The notes under the pieces were generated by a model. The model saw nothing but the letters and a program-made list of their open reading frames with translations. It was not told where the DNA came from and made no database searches. From positions 134,230,001-134,294,000 of the forward strand of contig OX597814.1 of NCBI GenBank assembly GCA_951406725.2: DNA of 64,000 nucleotides. Direction: 5' to 3'. Position 1 is the first letter of the stretch. Each line of letters begins with the position of its first letter. Made by a program: the position numbers and the translations under genes. Positions 57,707 through 64,000 of the stretch are shown here, in pieces. The stretch comes from Octopus vulgaris. Its lineage: Eukaryota.

Positions 57707-57760
<54 letters not shown>

Positions 57761-57761
<1 letters not shown>

Positions 57762-57834
57762 TGTAATCGACTTCTGTCGATTTTCATGTAAGAGCGTTTG
57801 AATGGGACGATTTTAAAAATAGAGAGAGAGAGAG

Positions 57835-57904
<70 letters not shown>

Positions 57905-59005
57905 CGTGTGTGTGAAAGAGAAAGACAGAAAGCGAGGGAGCGGGAGAGAGAGAGAGAAAACAACTTTAAAAATAAAAGAAGCTACATCTATTTGCGATGG
58001 ATGCGTGAATGTAAAATGAGTCCAGACATGGATTTTGCTATGAAGTCACAATGGGGACACTGATGATTTTGATTTTGCCTGGAATTGGGTAAATGCGGTT
58101 ATCTTTCAACATATCCTACCCATCTGCACTGAATTCTCAGCAGCATACTTTTGATACTGGAGATATGATATTTTTCTACGATTTTGACATTTGATATCTT
58201 ATCTTGCCATTTTATGTTGCAGATATTGCGCAGATAGCACATGTGAAAGTTTTCAAGTTTCTTTATATGCCTATAGTAAGGAGTCTATGCTTCTGCCCCA
58301 TACAGAAGTGTGCTTAAAAGGCAAGATTTGTATACACTTATTTTAATTTTCAGACTGACACCGTGTTCATCCCACAAACGATGGGAAATTTTTCCAAAAG
58401 CACTTGTTACCTTAGATATTCTAACATTGATTTCGCCAGGAAGAGCACTCTTAAATTTTACTGTACTTCCATGATATCCAAATAACCTGATTCATTTGAG
58501 CGGCTTCTTGTCAAACAACACATTTGAATATTGAGTATGTTCTGCTCCAGGTTTAAGTTGAAATAAAACTCCAGTCTTCTTGATGCTGATTGTCAGTCCA
58601 AATGCACGAGCTGCCGCTGAAAATCTGTCGACTGTTTCCTGAAGTCCCTCAAATGTATGGGGAATCAAAGCGCAATCATCAGCAAATAGAAAATCCCGTA
58701 CAATCTTTTCCTTGGTCTTTTCCATTGATCTAAACTTTGCCCTTTTATGTTTAGTAGACCTCCTGTGCGAAACTGGAATTTTACACACTTATGGTAATCC
58801 CTAAAAGCATGTTGGAGCAGTATTATTGAAAAGAATATGGTAAAAGTACAAGGGATAAAACACAGACCTGCTTGGTTCCAATGGCAACAGAAAATGCCTC
58901 TGAACATTGACAGATGGATATCAATGCTTCCATCATTTTTTCCCGTAGAGCTACTATTGCCCTTATCATTTTATCGGATGACCGACTTTTGACAAAATTT
59001 TCCAA
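57761..59005 (-). mobile_element. RTE-clade LINE, 5'-truncated and internally deleted
   Basis: GTKQVCVLS, FLFADDCAL..GLQ..DRFSAAARAFGLTISIKKT, C-terminal C2H2 finger CPHCDFIAKSMSGLILHSRIH*; 3' end runs into (TTA)n. Confidence 0.85.
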
Positions 59006-59069
59006 ATAATAATAATGACGATAATGATTTCTTTTATTTACTACCAGAGCGAAGGATGAGATGACAACC

Positions 59070-59247
59070 ATAATAATAATGGCCAATTCAGTCGAGTGTT
59101 TTAAAGAAAGAATTTTGTTTTAAATGGATTAACAAAAAGAAGTTGCATCTATATGCGGTGGACGCATGAGTGTAATTTGACTCTCAGTATGGATCTTGCT
59201 ATGAAGTCACGATGGGGAAAATGATTTTGATTTTGTTTAGGATTGCA
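59070..59247 (-). mobile_element. Second RTE 3'-end fragment
   Basis: Diverged repeat of 57985-58088 (PHRDFIARSILRVKLHSCVHRI*) ending in ATTATTATTAT. Confidence 0.7.
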
Positions 59248-59249
59248 GG

Positions 59250-61016
59250 ATATAATTCATAGAAAATAGCAGCAGAGATAACAATGAAAATACAGTTCTT
59301 ACTAATAAGAGTAATCCCATAGCACAGGAAAGGAGCAGTGGTAGTTTACTTGATGAGAGACATATAGATGATCTAAAAGACGATAAAACTAATGGCGACA
59401 TGACAGATGAACAAAAGGCAATCTACGACAGAATAAAGGTAAGAGTACAGGAGAACGATAGCGACATTATTTGCAACCTTAAAAAGGTTGATCGATGGAA
59501 ATTGAACCAAGAAACGAAAAATGTCAATGAAATTCTGAAATACATCAGAAGAAACAACATCACAGAAACAAATAATTTGATCAAGGCAAGTATTGTTGTA
59601 GCAGAAAACGTGGGTGTTGATGTCAAGAAAAACATAATGGAGTGACAAAAGAAAAGATCAGTAGCGGAAAGGAAGAATTCAGGCTGGGTTAGACATGCTC
59701 TCGAAGGAAATCTCTGTGTTAGACCGATAAAAGCAAGGGGAGCTCAAAAGCGAACAAAAATACAGGGCGCTGAAAAGGAAATATAATATTGAAAGAAAGG
59801 GTCTGAAAATAGTAGTAGAGGAACTGAAACAGCGCCTCGTTGCAAAGAAAGCAAAGATGGTAAGATACGAACAAAGAATGAAGGGTTACAACCAGAATAG
59901 GTTATTCAGAGTAGCTCAGAAGAGATTCTATAAAGAACTAAATGGAGAGTGTACAGATGAAAAGTTGATATAAGACTACATAGAAAGTCAAATGTTTTGG
60001 AGTAACATCTGGATAAAAGACAAGGAGCTCAAGAAGGATGCTGAATGGTTGCAAGAACTGAAACAAATAGTAGTCTGTCCAAAACAGGCAGAACTAGTCA
60101 TTTCAGTTATGGAAGTGAAGGAAATCAGCAAAAAAATGAGCAACTGGAAGGTCCCGGGACCAGATGGAGTTCAAGGCTACTGGATCAAAAGATTTGGTGA
60201 ATGTCATGCACGAATAGCTGCACAACTCAACATCTTGTTAAATACCGACCAAGGAACATCAGAGTGGTTGACATTGGGTAGGTCAATGCTGTGCCTGAAA
60301 AACATCGAAAAAGGCAAAACGATAAACAAACTACATAAAATACAGAATAGACAACACAGCAGAAAGTGATAAGTGCAGAATCTGTGGACAAAACGATGAA
60401 ACCGTATGACATATTACCAGCCAATGTACGCCACTAGCCCAGAAGGAATATAAGAGACGTCACGACAATATAGCCAGGCTTGTCCATTGCACACTCTGCA
60501 ACAAGTATGGACTTGACAGAGGAAAACATTGGTACGACCACAAACCTGAAGGCATCGTCGAAAATAGAAATACAATGATTCTATGGAATTTTATGATTCA
60601 GTGCGACCATGAGACAGAGAATGGGAAACCGGACATAGTCTTAATTGAGAAAGGAAACAAACTATGCAGGATCATTGATATAGCATGCCCCGCTGATAAC
60701 AAGGTATGCGATAAGGAAGAAAAAAAAAGGAGAGACATGACAGGTTAGCTTGGGAAGTTAAACAGTTGTGGTCGATGAAAAAGGTAGCAGTAGTACCAAT
60801 AATTGTTGGAGTCCTGGGGACAGTAAGCAAAAATCTCGAGCAAGACAAATAGGGGCTGCAATAAGGATGGAGCACTTGCAGAAAACAGCACTGCTTGGAA
60901 CCGCTCGAATACTCCGGATGTTGCTCGAAAAATGAGAGGTGTTATCTTAGTTCACCGGTAGTGAACAGCTCACACTGTAGTGCATCTTCAGCGTTAGAAG
61001 CTGTGCAAAGGCCATG
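59250..61016 (+). mobile_element. R4/Dong-type element (same family as 55187-56586) with most of the RT deleted
   Basis: MSNWKVPGPDGVQGYWIK..CLK jumps at about 60320 to TNYIKYRIDNTAESDKCRICG..YKRRHD; 3' UTR matches 56510-56586; (AAT)n at 61020-61117. Confidence 0.88.
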
Positions 61017-61019
61017 ATG

Positions 61020-61117
<98 letters not shown>

Positions 61118-61329
61118 TAGAGCAAAGCAAACAAGACCGAACACTCTGTGAAGTAAAACAATATGACTACAGAGGATAGTCGCTACAGGAACAAAAACAA
61201 CATCAGCAACAACAACCACAGAAAGAACAACAGCAATAACAACAGGGCTGTGAGAAGATAGCCAGAATAACGAAAATAATAACAAAGACAGCAACAACTC
61301 CAAAAGTAACAATATGTTACCTCATCACC

Positions 61330-64000
61330 ACAAACCACACTATCAATGAAAATGTCAAATACAAATGTATTGAAGAACGGCGTGAATGAAGGTGGAACTG
61401 ATAACAGAGAAGATTTCTCGCAGGGTAGGCCCGGTCGTCAACTAGCTACTGCGGTAAGAAAGAAAGGTGGAAAGATCCACTGGAGTAGATTGAATGCAAC
61501 CGTGATGGAATGTTACATCCGAAATTAACCAAGCAGATTTGGCTTTATAGACAGGGTGAGAGAGATATGGCTTGAAAAGGGGACGTTTAATGTAAACCGA
61601 CCAAGACGAAGTGACCAAGTAAGATAGACTAAAAAGAAAGACTGGTTAACAGAAGAAATCAAATGCAGAATCTATCAGACGGAAAATAGCAATGTGAGAC
61701 AGATAGATGTCAATGATAGTGAAAGTAGAGACATAGAAGTTCAGATACCACGTATCAAAAGACTCCTAACAGTGCACGATGACCCAGAATATAGCTTTTC
61801 CGATAAAGAGCTGATCATTACTGACAGACTACATGAAAGAAAAAAAGATTACCATCTATAAAAAAGATAAAGAACAAAATAGTGAAAGAGTTTCAGATAG
61901 TTAACCAAGCCTCGGACAAGATTTGAAGTAATGGTATCACCATAACCAACAACTTAAAATATGCTGCAGCAGTGATCGTAATGGAAAGACGAAGTGAAGA
62001 TTTCGCAACCCCAAAAGAAAGAAAGATAACCCTGGTGGAAATGGCGATTACAGGGAGAGGCAGACCAGCTGCGAAAAGATCTTGCACAGGGTAGAGGTTC
62101 TTAGCAACGGGGATAATATAAAGACTAGACTCCATGAAGCAATCCAAAGAAAGTACTAACTGTAACAAAAAGGATATAGAAGAGTAATGGAAGAATTAAA
62201 ACAAAGGATAAAATCGAAAGCTGCCAAGATCACGAGATACAATAACAGGATTGCACAGTTTAGAGAAACTAAGTTCTTCGAACCAGATAAAATTAGATTT
62301 TACAAGGAACTAAATGGAGATGTTACAATGGGCATATCGCCTAACAAGGAAGAGACAAAGGAATGCTAGAGAAACATTTGACGTCATGAAGTGAAATTCA
62401 ATGGTGATACAGAATGGTTGAAAAAGATAAAAGCAAAGAATGCAGATTTGCCAAAGCAGAAAAATACGGAGATCACAGGAGAAAAGTTGAAAAATGTCTT
62501 GATAGAGATGCCTAACTGGATTTTGGCTGAAACGTTTCACTGCGCATCATGATAGAATGAGAACACAAATAAATAATTGAATTGCGACAGGAGATTCTCC
62601 TGAATGGATGACGAAAGGTAGGACGGTTCTGATACTGAATGATCAAAAATAAGGAAATATAGCAAGCAACTACCAACCAATAACTTGCCTTCTGCTGATG
62701 TGAAAGTTGCTAACAGGTGTTATTACAGTAGATATATATAATTATCTTGGGGAGGGCGATCTACTGCCTGAAGAATAGAAAGGATGTAGAAAATGTTCTA
62801 AAGGGATAAACTACCAATTATATATAGATCAGCGTGTCCTCCATGACATTATATGCAAGAAGGAAAACTTAGCAACTGCATGGATTGATTACCAAAAGGA
62901 TAATCATGGTATTCCACATTCATGGATCCTAGGATGATTCAATATATCTGGGATGGCCGAGAATGTTGCCTAGCTCTTACAAAGTAGTCTACCAAAATGG
63001 AGGATTATAGTAACATCAGGACAAGGTAAATTAAGTGATGTCAGCATAAGTAGGGGAATATCCCAAGGTGATACGCTTTCACCACTGCTATTCGTGATTG
63101 CTCTTATCCCTCTTACATTGACCTTGAGAGGGGCTAAATCATGCTACGAATGTGGTGAGAAAATAAACCTGAAATTATTTGCCAAAAGTGAGAAAGCTTT
63201 AGATTCACTGCTTCCGACTGTTAGAGTTGTGAGTTGTGAGTAGATAAATTTACAGTGCTAGTGATAAAAAGACGAAAAATATCCAAGTCAAAAGGGATTA
63301 AACTCCCAGGTGAATCATCAATCCGAGCAATGAATGAGGGTGACAGTTACAAGTACCTAAGTGTATTAGAAGGAGATAGAATTCTCTGTCAATAAATGAA
63401 AGAGAAGGTAAGGAATGAATATCTCAGGTGAGTAAAAAAAGTGGTAAGCTCAAAACTGAATGGAGGGAAAAACATCTCTGCAGTAAACACATGGATGGTC
63501 TCTCTCTAATATGATATTCTGCTGCTTTCCTGAACTGAACCAAGGTAGAACTAAGAGACAAAGATTGTAAAACCAGAAAGACAATGTCCATGTACAGGTC
63601 GCTGCATCCCAGAGACAGTGTCGAGGGTGGGGAGAGGACTTATATCAATAAAAGACTGCGTAGAGATGGCATAGAAGAATGTGTGAGAAGCAACTCAGAA
63701 AGATTGATTTCACCTGCCAGAGGAGAGGAGAAAGAAGCTGTGACAAATACAACTGAATACAAGAAAAGAAGAAAACAGGAGCGAAAAAGAAATATCTGAA
63801 GAAAAGAACTACACGATCAGCATCTCAAACAAACGCAGGACGTCTTGGTTGTGGCTGAAAAATGGAGACCTCGAGAAAGAAAGAAACGGAAGGACTCATA
63901 ATGGCTACTCAAAGCCAGTCATTCCAGGCGAATATCATTAAGGCCTGAATAGATAAATCCGCGAAAAGTGCAAAATGCAGAGTATATAATGAGAAAAAGG
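61330..64000 (+). mobile_element. Long degenerate R4/Dong-type element, continues beyond the window
   Basis: VMECY, ELKQRIKSKAAKITRY, NYQPITCL, AWIDYQK, GISQGDTLSPLLF, YKYLSVLE, LHPRDSV, TEGLIMATQ. Confidence 0.85.

Overview
AT-rich, repeat-saturated eukaryotic DNA with no supportable host protein-coding gene. The SINE families and dense microsatellites resemble a coleoid cephalopod (Octopus-like) genome; this is an inference. Contents: at least three tRNA-derived SINE families, several Tc1/mariner remnants and MITEs, a Helitron helicase remnant, a probable Academ (XPG plus Cys-rich) remnant, RTE fragments, two or three Tx1-type L1-clade elements, five R4/Dong-type elements associated with (AAT)n, and three copies of a non-coding (AAT)n-flanked element. 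Most listed ORFs are microsatellite artefacts. Main signal: one SINE subfamily carries a 3' tail closely matching the 3' end of the Tx1-type LINEs in this window. All five copies of that tail run directly into the head region of another copy of the same SINE, four of them at the same nucleotide. This suggests a self-targeting, Tx1-mobilised SINE that builds tandem arrays, alongside Tx1 elements that sit in (GATA)n and next to (AAT)n microsatellites.
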